A stretch of 24,194 nt of DNA from Candidatus Thorarchaeota archaeon. GTDB taxonomy: Archaea > Asgardarchaeota > Thorarchaeia > Thorarchaeales > Thorarchaeaceae. Of the stretch, positions 8,757 to 18,312 are shown piece after piece. How positions within the stretch are numbered: the first letter of the stretch is position 1; each line of letters opens with the position of its first letter. The notes beneath the pieces are model-generated. The model did no database searches and was not told where the DNA came from. It saw only the letters and a list, made by a program, of their open reading frames with translations. The stretch covers positions 1 to 24,194 of the forward strand of contig JAEOTX010000097.1 in the NCBI GenBank assembly GCA_016839605.1, in the 5' to 3' direction. Both the position numbers and the translations under genes were made by a program.

Positions 8757-10811
8757 ATGGACATTGCTGAAGAGATACGCAGGATAGAGGCCGATATTCG
8801 CGAGCTCGAACTCAGCTATGCAAGTGGTTTGATTTCAGTTGGCGAGTTCAGTATGAGGATGAGCGAACTCAAGGCTATTCTTTTACTGGCGGAAAGGAAA
8901 CTAAGACCTAGTGGAACCATCGAGTCGTTGAAACGGATTCTGTCCTCTCAGTGGGTAAGGAAATATCCCCCTCTATTGCTAATACTCGCTCTAAGCATTA
9001 TCGTACGGGTTCCGAGAGTGCCGCACATCCAAGGGTATGATGGCTATGTCTTGGCAATTGAGTCGTATTCTCTCATTGGTGGATATGCGCAGACCTGGCT
9101 GATTCATCCTCTCTCATATTTTGGGATTTTCACTTTCTCAGGATATCCATTCGGGGCAATCGCAACATTCGCGTTATGCATCATAATTGGGGGGTCATTG
9201 GAAACTGCAACTTTCATCTATATTGCCTTATTCAGTTTGATAGGTGCTCTTTCCTCATACCTTCTTTCCTCGCATCTTTTCGAGGATCTAAGATATCGTT
9301 TCATTGGTACGGTCTTCTATGTGCTCCTGCCCACGGTGTATGAGTTCTCATACAATTCTCCAACAGCCCGAGTTGGATTCATTGCTTTGCTCCCGCTCTT
9401 CATCTTGTTTGTGCTGAAGTGGATTAGGTATGGCAAGGCCAAGTATCTTCTTGAAGCATGCATCACTCTAACAATACAGCTTCTCTTCCATCGTACAGCC
9501 CTCGTCTTGGCTTTGTTCATCATCATAGCTGGGGTCTATAGGTTATTGAAGAGAGGTCTGACGAGAAGCTGGACGGAAGGCGAAGCCAGGCTTCTCAATA
9601 GATTCATGGTCCTTGTCTATACAGTTGTGGCGGTAGGTCTCCTCTCCTTTTCAATGGCCATATCTGATATCGTGCCCAAACATTTGTTGCCTGAAGAATT
9701 GTACCCTGCTTGGTCACTACCTTTCCTTAGGGATTTCATGGGACTAATGCTTGATTATTTTCTGTTCTATGCGATTGGGCTGTTTCTTGCTATCTACAGT
9801 GTCTATCATATCCTTCGAAGTGCTTGGTCTAGCACAACTCTGCTTTTCGAAGAATTTGGTGATTGGGCTCTCCTCCTCCTCTTCACGGCCCCACTTCTCT
9901 GGTTCATTCCCAATCCCGCTTATACAAGGCATCTCCTAGCTCCAATGGTGGCTTGCATTGCGACGTACGGAGCCAAACTTCTGATTGAGAATAGGGGTAG
10001 GATGCTCTTTATCCTAGCTATCTTGATGACTGCCCCTTTTATCGTCTTCTTTCAGCTCTACAATGCGCTTTGGCGCAACATTGAACCTTACGCCTTTATC
10101 TCCTCCACATTGTTCTTCCTGCTCTTCTTCGGCTTCCTTTTTACTGAATCCTTGGTTAGGCTATACAAAAAACGAACGGGGCAGGATCGCTTTGTGTTCT
10201 CACGCACCTCCGCCGATATTAGGACGGTACTTATCGTGTCCTTCTTGTTGGTCTTCACTCTGACGAATAGCGACATGAAGTTCGTGACAGACATGGATGG
10301 TCGGTCAATCCCCACCTATGTTACCGATGAAGAAATTGCAATCGCAGAGTACATACAGTCCCAGCACAGCTTGTATTCTGATAGATCAATCCTGCTGTGT
10401 TCGCATGAATTGATTGAGCATCGAATATCTGCATATGCTCAAACAAACTGTCTCTCGGAAGGACTTGGCACTGCTCTAATGGAAACAGGCTACGTCACCA
10501 GAGAAGATGCACTTGAGAACTCGACTTTTCAATTGCTTGGAAATATCATGGAAGCTCACTGGTTTGAGCACATAGATCCCGATAGAACTCTGCCACAGAG
10601 GCCTTGGTTCTCAATCATGCATGGCAATTATAGTAGTGCCTCCGTTCGGGAGCTTCTCAGTGAACTGCACATCAGGTTCTTCGTTGGAGTTAGGGGTACC
10701 AATGAGTCTTTGTACAAGTGGGGTGAACCATTTGAGTCGTTGTTTAGAATCACTCTCACCGCACCAATAGTGTTTGAAACCAGCGGCTTTATTGTGTACA
10801 AGCTTGACTGA
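8757..10811 (+). CDS. Polytopic membrane protein, putative GT-C-fold glycosyltransferase, with an N-terminal SHOCT-like helix pair
   Basis: Roughly 12-14 hydrophobic segments. Acidic motif just after TM1 (VRVPRVPHIQGYDGY), then WLIHPLSYFG and LLFHRT. Soluble C-terminal domain (YVTDEEIAIAEYI) with three sequons (NST, NYS, NES). No WWDYG motif, so not AglB. Confidence 0.65.
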   Translation: MDIAEEIRRIEADIRELELSYASGLISVGEFSMRMSELKAILLLAERKLRPSGTIESLKRILSSQWVRKYPPLLLILALSIIVRVPRVPHIQGYDGYVLAIESYSLIGGYAQTWLIHPLSYFGIFTFSGYPFGAIATFALCIIIGGSLETATFIYIALFSLIGALSSYLLSSHLFEDLRYRFIGTVFYVLLPTVYEFSYNSPTARVGFIALLPLFILFVLKWIRYGKAKYLLEACITLTIQLLFHRTALVLALFIIIAGVYRLLKRGLTRSWTEGEARLLNRFMVLVYTVVAVGLLSFSMAISDIVPKHLLPEELYPAWSLPFLRDFMGLMLDYFLFYAIGLFLAIYSVYHILRSAWSSTTLLFEEFGDWALLLLFTAPLLWFIPNPAYTRHLLAPMVACIATYGAKLLIENRGRMLFILAILMTAPFIVFFQLYNALWRNIEPYAFISSTLFFLLFFGFLFTESLVRLYKKRTGQDRFVFSRTSADIRTVLIVSFLLVFTLTNSDMKFVTDMDGRSIPTYVTDEEIAIAEYIQSQHSLYSDRSILLCSHELIEHRISAYAQTNCLSEGLGTALMETGYVTREDALENSTFQLLGNIMEAHWFEHIDPDRTLPQRPWFSIMHGNYSSASVRELLSELHIRFFVGVRGTNESLYKWGEPFESLFRITLTAPIVFETSGFIVYKLD

Positions 10812-10951
10812 CATACATTTTTCTCTCGGTTTCCTACTGCTCAATCAACGATAGATGCATAGCGAGATTGATACACAATCTAAAGGGTCGTCTGTTGGGA
10901 TGTGTGAATAAATTGAGATATCTGAACTTCTCATGCGATAGACAAGAATGA

Positions 10952-12067
10952 GTGATGATTCATATGTCTGAAGGCTTGAGAATTTTAGGAGTGGGTGACA
11001 TCATGCTGGGTGAGCACCCTCTCTCATTGGATAGAGGAGTCATAACGACTTGGATTCGTAGGAAACTGAATCCTTTTGGTCTGATGACGGATTTCCTTGC
11101 CGAGTCTGAAATCCTGATAGGCAACCTCGAATGTGCATTATCTTCAAAGACCGAATTCAGTGGTTATAGAGCTAGAACACTTCGAGCCCCTCCGAGAGCC
11201 GCCGCCCTTCTTCGAGAAGCCGGCTTTTCTGCCGTTTCTGTGGCAAACAACCATGCTATGGACCACGGTCCTGAGGCATTCCAGTGCACTACTCGCGCAT
11301 TGCAGCAAGAGGGTATAACCTTTTGCGGCACGCATCATGATCCTATTCTTCTTCCCGTAGAGACCCAGTCTACTTCAAGGCAGATTATTGTGGCATTGAT
11401 TGGTGCATCCTTTAGATCAAACGAAACCGAGTACGAACCACTCTATACTCTCATTGAAACGCCGAAAGACTTCAGGTTGCTTTGCCAGTCTGTGGAAGAA
11501 GCAAAGAGTGAGGCAGATATTGTAATCGTCCAGTGTCATTGGGGCGATGAATTTGTGACAGCGCCTAACCCACATCAAATAGAAGCTGCACGCGGCCTAG
11601 TCACCAGTGGCGCTGATGTAATCATAGGGCATCACCCACACGTCTATCAAGGACTGCAAATGTTTCATAGTTCACCGGTCTTCTTCTCTCTTGGCAACTT
11701 CGTATCAGATATGATGCAAACCTATCTTCGTAGATCTGCGGTAGCAGTCGTAGAAGTGGATTCAGAGCTTCGATACCAGGCAAGAGCAGAACCGATTCGC
11801 ATAGACTCCCACCATAGGCCGTCCATCTCACACACTCTATTAGACCGTGAATTCATCAGCGCAATCGACCGCGTGAGTTCTACTCTGATTGGAGGTGGAA
11901 GGGAATCACTCTATCCCCAATGGCTTAAGCGAGCTCGGATGAAGTACAAGCGAGACTTGGTCTTGGACTACATCTTTAGCCTAGGTGAGAATCCTAGTGT
12001 CCGTATCGAGATTGGTATGGAGTCGATCAGGAAGATTGCGACCAGACTAAGTAAGACATTTACTTGA
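10952..12067 (+). CDS. CapA/PgsA-family protein (metallophosphoesterase superfamily)
   Basis: VGDIMLG, GNLEC, SVANNHAMDHG, HWGDE, GADVIIGHHPHV, FSLGNF. No N-terminal membrane anchor. The start may be ATG 10964. Confidence 0.93.
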   Translation: MMIHMSEGLRILGVGDIMLGEHPLSLDRGVITTWIRRKLNPFGLMTDFLAESEILIGNLECALSSKTEFSGYRARTLRAPPRAAALLREAGFSAVSVANNHAMDHGPEAFQCTTRALQQEGITFCGTHHDPILLPVETQSTSRQIIVALIGASFRSNETEYEPLYTLIETPKDFRLLCQSVEEAKSEADIVIVQCHWGDEFVTAPNPHQIEAARGLVTSGADVIIGHHPHVYQGLQMFHSSPVFFSLGNFVSDMMQTYLRRSAVAVVEVDSELRYQARAEPIRIDSHHRPSISHTLLDREFISAIDRVSSTLIGGGRESLYPQWLKRARMKYKRDLVLDYIFSLGENPSVRIEIGMESIRKIATRLSKTFT

Positions 12068-12246
12068 ATGAGTAATTCCTGCGATTGGAGGGCATTCTTG
12101 GACATTCGATTCAGCTCGCGTGTAGATAAAAGCGAAGTTGTAGTGAGAAGGACCACCAGCATGACGCATGCATTGGTATGGATTGGCGCGAACCCTTTCC
12201 CTCAATGCAATCAAATTACGAAAAGACTAAGAGGTGTGCTCTTGAC

Positions 12247-13365
12247 ATGAAATTTACTTTGCGAATCCTAATCATATGCAGAATGTCAGATAGAGCAGCA
12301 GCCACATTCAGTCACGCTTGGGCTATGGTAGATTCAGTGAATGAGGTTGTTGTTGTTAGAGAAACGAAAGGACTTCCACATCCCAAGGTGAAGTACTTCT
12401 CCTTGCCGTCTTTTCTTCTCTCAGTGCCGATCCTTAAATCCATCTTCTTGTTGGTGTATGCTTGCCTACTCTCGTGGGCACTTCGTCCGGACTTGATATG
12501 TGCGGTTCAAATGCATCCACACGGCTATTATGGGTTCTTCGTCTCCAAGCTTTCTCGCAGACCTTTAATCCTACACACAGTGAGTCAATCACAGGGGGGT
12601 CTTGGAGGGTTCATAGGACGAAATCTTAGATTAGCAGCCTTCAGAAAGGCCATTGCACTCAAAGCAGTGTGTCATGCATCGGTGACGACCACTACTGGCG
12701 ACACGACCCGACAGAATCTTGTTTCAATTGGAATCCCTCCATCTAGGGTGATTTCAGCACCGTCCATCACAGATGCGAGCATCTTCTATCCACTAAGCAC
12801 TACCAAAGAATGGGACGTAGTCACTGTTACGAGATTCCAGGACCTAAAGCGGCTTGACATTTTCCTGAGAGTCATTGAAAAAGTATCGAGAGAACGGCCC
12901 ATAAAAGCTGCCATAGGCGGCTCTGGGTCTGAAGAAGAGAATCTTCGAAGGCTTTCGTCGGAGCTCGGACTTGATCAAATAGTCACCTTCCTCGGATGGA
13001 TTGGGACGGAATCTGAGCTTAACACAGTCCTGAACAAGGGTAGAATATTCCTATTGACATCACAGACAGAAGGGTTTCCAACCACAATCTCGGAATCACT
13101 ATGTGCTGGGACATGTTGTGTTTCAGCTAATGTTGGGGATGTAAGTACGGTCATTGATAGCAATCGGAATGGGGTTCTTGTATCGCCCTTTGACAATGTC
13201 GAGGAATACACGACACAGATTTTGCGGATTCTAGACAACGATGAGTATGCGGAAAATCTCAGACAAGAAGGGTTCAAGACATGTAGAATGCTGTCAATGA
13301 AAAACAGAGCAGGGCTATTCAAGAGTATCATCCCCAATTTCCTTATTAAGACATCAAATAGCTGA
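12247..13365 (+). CDS. Glycosyltransferase family 4 (GT-B fold)
   Basis: RPDLI, TRFQDLKRLD, GGSGSEEENL, VTFLGW, EX7E motif TEGFPTTISES, SANVGD, NGVLV. GAGGTG SD at 12231-12236 supports ATG 12247 over the track start of 12178. Confidence 0.93.
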   Translation: MKFTLRILIICRMSDRAAATFSHAWAMVDSVNEVVVVRETKGLPHPKVKYFSLPSFLLSVPILKSIFLLVYACLLSWALRPDLICAVQMHPHGYYGFFVSKLSRRPLILHTVSQSQGGLGGFIGRNLRLAAFRKAIALKAVCHASVTTTTGDTTRQNLVSIGIPPSRVISAPSITDASIFYPLSTTKEWDVVTVTRFQDLKRLDIFLRVIEKVSRERPIKAAIGGSGSEEENLRRLSSELGLDQIVTFLGWIGTESELNTVLNKGRIFLLTSQTEGFPTTISESLCAGTCCVSANVGDVSTVIDSNRNGVLVSPFDNVEEYTTQILRILDNDEYAENLRQEGFKTCRMLSMKNRAGLFKSIIPNFLIKTSNS

Positions 13366-13450
13366 GTCGAAAGTTGGAGCAAATGGCTCTGTCCGTTTGT
13401 TAAGTTTCACTGCCGGGGAAAGGAATGGATATACAGGTTGTCTGAAAAAC

Positions 13451-13545
13451 AGATATAAACACTTATCCCATTATGGGAAATTAGCCCTAGGTAACTTATA
13501 TGAGCATCTCTTGACATCACGTAGAATATATCGACTTATATTACA
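13451..13545 (+). promoter_or_regulatory. AT-rich promoter region with several TATA-like boxes upstream of the large surface-protein gene
   Basis: GATATAAA; ACTTAT at 13461, 13494 and 13534; small inverted repeat TCCCA-TTA-TGGGA. Confidence 0.35.
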
Positions 13546-13575
13546 ATAACATACCATATAGCATGGGGATGGGTC

Positions 13576-16500
13576 TTGATTAGCTGCATTCGAAATCTGA
13601 AAATTCGTGCAATGGCGTCTGTAAGGGGAAGGCCAAGAATTACCCTGGTAGCGGTAGCGTTTCTTCTGATTGCGGGAGTCTTCATGACAAGCATTGTTGA
13701 CATGCCTGCTTTGGAATACGATACTGTGGTCGCAGAACCCGTGAAAGTGGATACTAGTGTATTATCGTTGACAATCGGAGTTGAGATCGGATCAGACATG
13801 GACGATGACTGGTGGAAGTATGAGAATCCGGATGGACCATGGCGCCACTATACAAACAGCGCCGATAATCTCATACGCAATAGCACAGAGTATGATGCGT
13901 ATGGCCAAATGCGATTTCAACTCAACATTCCTCAAGGGGCTACCATTGAATCCGCTACGTTTAGTTTCTACCTGATTACTGCAGGTGCTGGTACGATCAC
14001 AATCCGGCGTATCGATGAAACGAATGTAGGGCCACTTGAGCAAGACACAACTATGCCCCTTGCCACTGATTTGTATTCCTCAATTATTGAGCCAGGATCA
14101 GTCGAGAATGTATCTGTCGAGAGTGAAAGCCTGGCACTTATGGTCCAAGATCAGGTGAATCTCCCTGGTTGGCAGAGTGGTTTCTATTTCGGAGTTCAGA
14201 TGTCATCCGACACAAGCTACCCAACATCCTTTGCAGACTATGAGTATCTGGATGCGCAATATGCCGCCTACATGAACATAACTTATCTGACTGACGAGGA
14301 GCCTACTCCACAGGCACAGGACTATGACCATGACTTGCATATACCAGTCCAATCTGACGCAGACGATGACTGGTGGCGTTGGAACAAGACTAGTGAAGGT
14401 TGGGAGCACCGAATCGGGGGCACCGAAGTGGTGGCTGGAAATAGTTCCGTTTCAGATGATTACGGACAGATGCGCTTTTCTCTAGCTATACCACAGGGTT
14501 GCACTGTTAACTTTGCCACATTAAATCTATACCTTACGTACAATGGGAATGTTACCATCTTCATCAAACGCATTGATGAAATGAACGTGGCCTCACTTGA
14601 AGATGATATAGAAAAACCGAACGCCTCGGATGTTCATATGAGCACTTTGTACGCAGGAACACAAACAGGCTGGATAACAAGCAACAACTTGGCTGACATG
14701 ATACAAGACCAGATTGATCTCGATGGATGGGAAGAGGACTACTATATCGGTTTTCAGCTCGTAGTCACCACACAGGACACAGCTCAGACTGGAAGTTGGT
14801 ATGATTATCAACATGCATCTGGTTCTCCAGCATATCTAAATGTGACTTTCACAAGCACGGAGGTTGGCTGGCTGTCTGGTTGGCAATATCGAAAGAAAAT
14901 CGTTCTCCAGCAAGCAATTGGTGTCGGTGTCAATCAAACAGTACCACTATTTCTTTGGGAGGGCCAAGGAAGTGATGGAGGATTTGAGGCACACCTCAAT
15001 AGTCATGCACTTCCCGATTTCGGGGATGTGCGATTCACATCTGACGATGGTCAACTTCTCTTGAGATACTATCAGAATGAAACGATGTGGGGAGATTCTA
15101 GCGAGTATTTCACTAATGATGCAGTTGCTCTTCCTTGGGGGCAAACAAATACTCCCTCTTCATTCTACGATGCGGATACTGACCGCACATACGTTTCGTT
15201 TCAAGGGGATCTCACCCCAGGAGGTGTGAAGCTAGATCCCCACATCTGCTATTACGACCACAAAACAGCCACGTGGTCTGGCATATACTGGATTGCTACA
15301 AATCCGTTGAACGATTGGTATGGTGGAGACACTCATGGATCTCCATGTATCTGGGTAGATAATGATGGCTATATTCATGTTCTCTACGGGTCTCATGCAA
15401 GTAGAGTGATACAACATGAGAAATCAGATAGCCCAAACGACATAACCTCCTTCTCACCCTCGACAGACCCAACGACCTCCACATGGGAGCCAACCTATCC
15501 AGCCATCCATTATGACAGCGTCAGCGACACTGTCCATATCTTCTATCGCGGGTCCACTGGCGGTCGATATCTAGTCTATCAATACTCTACGAACAACGGA
15601 AATAGCTGGTCAAGCCCCCAGCCATTTGTCTATATGGGAACGACTCAGGGAGAACACAATCGTCCCTACCATGGCTTCAGCTCCTACGACGAGGATGGAA
15701 TAATCCATGTTGCGTTCCAGAATCATAGTATGTACCCCGCAGCTCAGGCCGGAGCTGACCATGACATGTTCTACATCCAACTTGATACGAGTAATGGTCA
15801 TGTCTACAATGTCAATGGCTATGACTTTGGAACTCAGGCAGATCCGACTGAGCTCCAGAACTGCCGCTTCTATATCTATCCTTATGAAGGCGGCACTCGG
15901 AGCGGTTATCCTGACGTGTTCTTGGACGATGAGGGCAACCCGTGGATATTCTACTTTGTTGGCGATACTGAGATACTTCCGAATCCGAGCTCGTATACCC
16001 TGAGATACTCATACTGGAACGGAGCAAGTTGGCAGAGTGATGACATCTCGGCGCATGAGGGTTCTGGCTGTTCTGCAGCGGCCCTTGTCCGGGCTCATGA
16101 CGATATCACCATTTTCACTAACAGCAACCCATCAAACAATCTTGTTCATCGCTGGACTTGGGATGGCTTCGTTTGGACAGACAATGGTCCAATAAGTGTT
16201 GAACATGACTATCTGGTGAGTAATAGCCAGATTCCTACGAACTGGTTTGATGGTAATCGAACCGAATTGCAGGTTGTCTTTTGCGAATATGAAGGCAGCA
16301 ATCCGCCTTTTGACAAGTGTCGGGGGTTTGCTTGGGGTGATGGAGGTATAGTCACGCGATCCGAACAGACAATGGCAACATTCAATGTGGAGATTGTAGG
16401 CAATCTTTCCTCATCATCACAGACAATCTATGTTTACTATGGCAACACTGCAGTAGCCAGTACTAGCCAAGCACTAGGTATCGATCCGGAGTCAAGACTC

Positions 16501-18135
16501 AATCTCTTGTATTGGGGCCCAGAAGTAAACTTTGACATTGATGCGCCCTCGAATGTGCAGGAGCCGATTATTTCGAATCTGGATAATGGATATATGTATG
16601 CGCGAGCCAAGGACTACCAACTTGAAGTTGTCATATCTGATATCGATGGCTTCGTGGACATAGACTATGTTGAATTGTCGCTCTTCTCAGACAATCGCGT
16701 CACTGAGTACTGGGTTGTCCGATATGACCAGAACACGAACTCCTTCTCTGAGCAGAGAGATCTTTTCGATTATGTAGAACTCAACGAAGCCACAAGTTCT
16801 GCTACTGGACTCGGGATGACACTTACTGTCACATTTGATGTGAAAATTAATTGGAATCACCCGGACGTTACCAGAACAGATGTGAAGTGCTACTCAGTGG
16901 ATGACGTATCTCAATTTGACATAGACTATTATGAGACTGACTGGGATGTCGAAACTCGCCTTGATATGTCCTCGGGGCCAATGCTTGCGGATGGAATCGG
17001 CACACCTGACAGGGGTGACTCAAGCAGTGATGTTTTAGCCCAAGGCACCATCGAATATCTTGGTGGTGAAGCTCATCCTCTTGCATCGGAGATTGATGTC
17101 TACATTTCATGTACAGAAGTTTCCATGACAGCATGGGAAGCGACCAACTATGACGAAGCATCTGGTTGGTTTTCAGTGACTACGCAGTCTGATGATGAGA
17201 TTGGTCAGAATATCTACACGTTCATAGTAGTCCGGCAAGGTGAAGGAGCCCAAGGCTTTGATCTTCTAAATGAGCAACATTCGGCAAGTTACATAACCGA
17301 TCGAGTGCAAGCAATCATATCTATTGATGAAACCGCGAGTACAGATGACTATGTGACAATTAGATTAGACCTTGAATACGAATATGACCATGAATCTATT
17401 ACTTCGTTTTCAGTTGGTGTGAACAAGAACGGCGAACTGTGGCAGGTAGTGACCCAGAGTACTTTTACAGACATGAGGAGTATTGACCAGAACAACACCT
17501 ACTCAATTGCATTTGTAGTTGAGAACACTTATGGACTCTCTACATCAGACGATTCTGGTTCTGTGGTAGCACTTGCTGGCGATGGTGGTGGCCCTTCGAA
17601 TCCGGCCAATTCTAATCCTGGTTTCAATCTACAGGGTTCACTAAATGATTTCATTCGCTTCGCGCTGCAGGTCGTTTCAGTCGTGATGGTTGCTGGGTTT
17701 ACACTCGTCGATGGCACTGCTGACTTGCTGGGAGGTCTTTTCACTTATGTATCCCCGAGCCACTTCATGATGATTGCGATTGTTTCCTCTATTCTGTCCT
17801 TCACTGCTTTCCAGATTCACGAGAGGCGGTCAGCCAAGACAAATGGGAGAAGGAGCGAAGCTTTCAGGAGATTGGGTGGCCTCAAGGTTGACACATTACT
17901 TCTCACCAAGTTTCTCGGTGGCGGACTGGTCGTGAAGATGGGAGAAACGGAATTCTCGTGCAAAGTACTCATGCATGATTATATGAAGGCCGGGGAACGT
18001 ATCCAGTCTTTCTTAGCTGTAGGCGGGAGAACAAACCAACTCCTCAGACTTCTTTCAAGCTCTCACGTTGATGCGGGCGTCGATTTCTCAGTAGTCGGGT
18101 TTGTCTGGGATCCCATCATTGAAGAACTAGACTGA
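13576..18135 (+). CDS. Large membrane-anchored cell-surface (glyco)protein: signal peptide, 2x DNRLRE-like domain, DUF2341 with inserted BNR-type propeller, Ig-like stalk, TM anchor, C-terminal tail
   Basis: N-terminal RGRPR plus hydrophobic stretch (likely start ATG 13612). Duplicated GQMRF.L.IPQG.T...AT domain. WLSGWQYRK...DFGDVRFTSDDG...IYVYYGN. D.HG.P.I..D.DGYIHV.YG.H and STNNGNSWS Asp-box. C-terminal hydrophobic segment followed by a basic cluster. 14 N-X-S/T sequons counted by eye. Confidence 0.88.
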   Translation: MISCIRNLKIRAMASVRGRPRITLVAVAFLLIAGVFMTSIVDMPALEYDTVVAEPVKVDTSVLSLTIGVEIGSDMDDDWWKYENPDGPWRHYTNSADNLIRNSTEYDAYGQMRFQLNIPQGATIESATFSFYLITAGAGTITIRRIDETNVGPLEQDTTMPLATDLYSSIIEPGSVENVSVESESLALMVQDQVNLPGWQSGFYFGVQMSSDTSYPTSFADYEYLDAQYAAYMNITYLTDEEPTPQAQDYDHDLHIPVQSDADDDWWRWNKTSEGWEHRIGGTEVVAGNSSVSDDYGQMRFSLAIPQGCTVNFATLNLYLTYNGNVTIFIKRIDEMNVASLEDDIEKPNASDVHMSTLYAGTQTGWITSNNLADMIQDQIDLDGWEEDYYIGFQLVVTTQDTAQTGSWYDYQHASGSPAYLNVTFTSTEVGWLSGWQYRKKIVLQQAIGVGVNQTVPLFLWEGQGSDGGFEAHLNSHALPDFGDVRFTSDDGQLLLRYYQNETMWGDSSEYFTNDAVALPWGQTNTPSSFYDADTDRTYVSFQGDLTPGGVKLDPHICYYDHKTATWSGIYWIATNPLNDWYGGDTHGSPCIWVDNDGYIHVLYGSHASRVIQHEKSDSPNDITSFSPSTDPTTSTWEPTYPAIHYDSVSDTVHIFYRGSTGGRYLVYQYSTNNGNSWSSPQPFVYMGTTQGEHNRPYHGFSSYDEDGIIHVAFQNHSMYPAAQAGADHDMFYIQLDTSNGHVYNVNGYDFGTQADPTELQNCRFYIYPYEGGTRSGYPDVFLDDEGNPWIFYFVGDTEILPNPSSYTLRYSYWNGASWQSDDISAHEGSGCSAAALVRAHDDITIFTNSNPSNNLVHRWTWDGFVWTDNGPISVEHDYLVSNSQIPTNWFDGNRTELQVVFCEYEGSNPPFDKCRGFAWGDGGIVTRSEQTMATFNVEIVGNLSSSSQTIYVYYGNTAVASTSQALGIDPESRLNLLYWGPEVNFDIDAPSNVQEPIISNLDNGYMYARAKDYQLEVVISDIDGFVDIDYVELSLFSDNRVTEYWVVRYDQNTNSFSEQRDLFDYVELNEATSSATGLGMTLTVTFDVKINWNHPDVTRTDVKCYSVDDVSQFDIDYYETDWDVETRLDMSSGPMLADGIGTPDRGDSSSDVLAQGTIEYLGGEAHPLASEIDVYISCTEVSMTAWEATNYDEASGWFSVTTQSDDEIGQNIYTFIVVRQGEGAQGFDLLNEQHSASYITDRVQAIISIDETASTDDYVTIRLDLEYEYDHESITSFSVGVNKNGELWQVVTQSTFTDMRSIDQNNTYSIAFVVENTYGLSTSDDSGSVVALAGDGGGPSNPANSNPGFNLQGSLNDFIRFALQVVSVVMVAGFTLVDGTADLLGGLFTYVSPSHFMMIAIVSSILSFTAFQIHERRSAKTNGRRSEAFRRLGGLKVDTLLLTKFLGGGLVVKMGETEFSCKVLMHDYMKAGERIQSFLAVGGRTNQLLRLLSSSHVDAGVDFSVVGFVWDPIIEELD
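13777..14850 (+). repeat. Intragenic tandem duplication of a ~170-aa domain (copies at about 13777-14286 and 14329-14850)
   Basis: SDMDDDWW/SDADDDWW, YGQMRFQLNIPQG/YGQMRFSLAIPQG, IRRIDETNV/IKRIDEMNV, MVQDQVNLPGW/MIQDQIDLDGW, AYMNITY/AYLNVTF. Confidence 0.9.
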
Positions 18136-18312
18136 GCTTGGCTCCAGGCTGGGAAAGTTGGGACATAGGTAGAAATCCCTTTCAGAATAACTGCTGCTTC
18201 AATCACAAACGGATATGGATTGCTAGTCCCACCAATAGCGCCCTCGCTATCTGTTCACATTGCAGTAGAGTCGGTCATAGAAGACCTTAAGACCTCCTGA
18301 TATGCCAACCTG

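Noticed and set aside
8757-10811. Annotation as oligosaccharyltransferase AglB/STT3
   Set aside because: The WWDYG motif is absent.
10952-12067. Poly-gamma-glutamate capsule operon
   Set aside because: Only a CapA-family gene is present, with no CapB (Mur-ligase-like) or CapC in the window.
15082-16360. Intein or mobile intron as the explanation for the insertion in DUF2341
   Set aside because: No Cys/Ser start with a His-Asn end and no LAGLIDADG motifs. The insert looks like an extracellular propeller domain.
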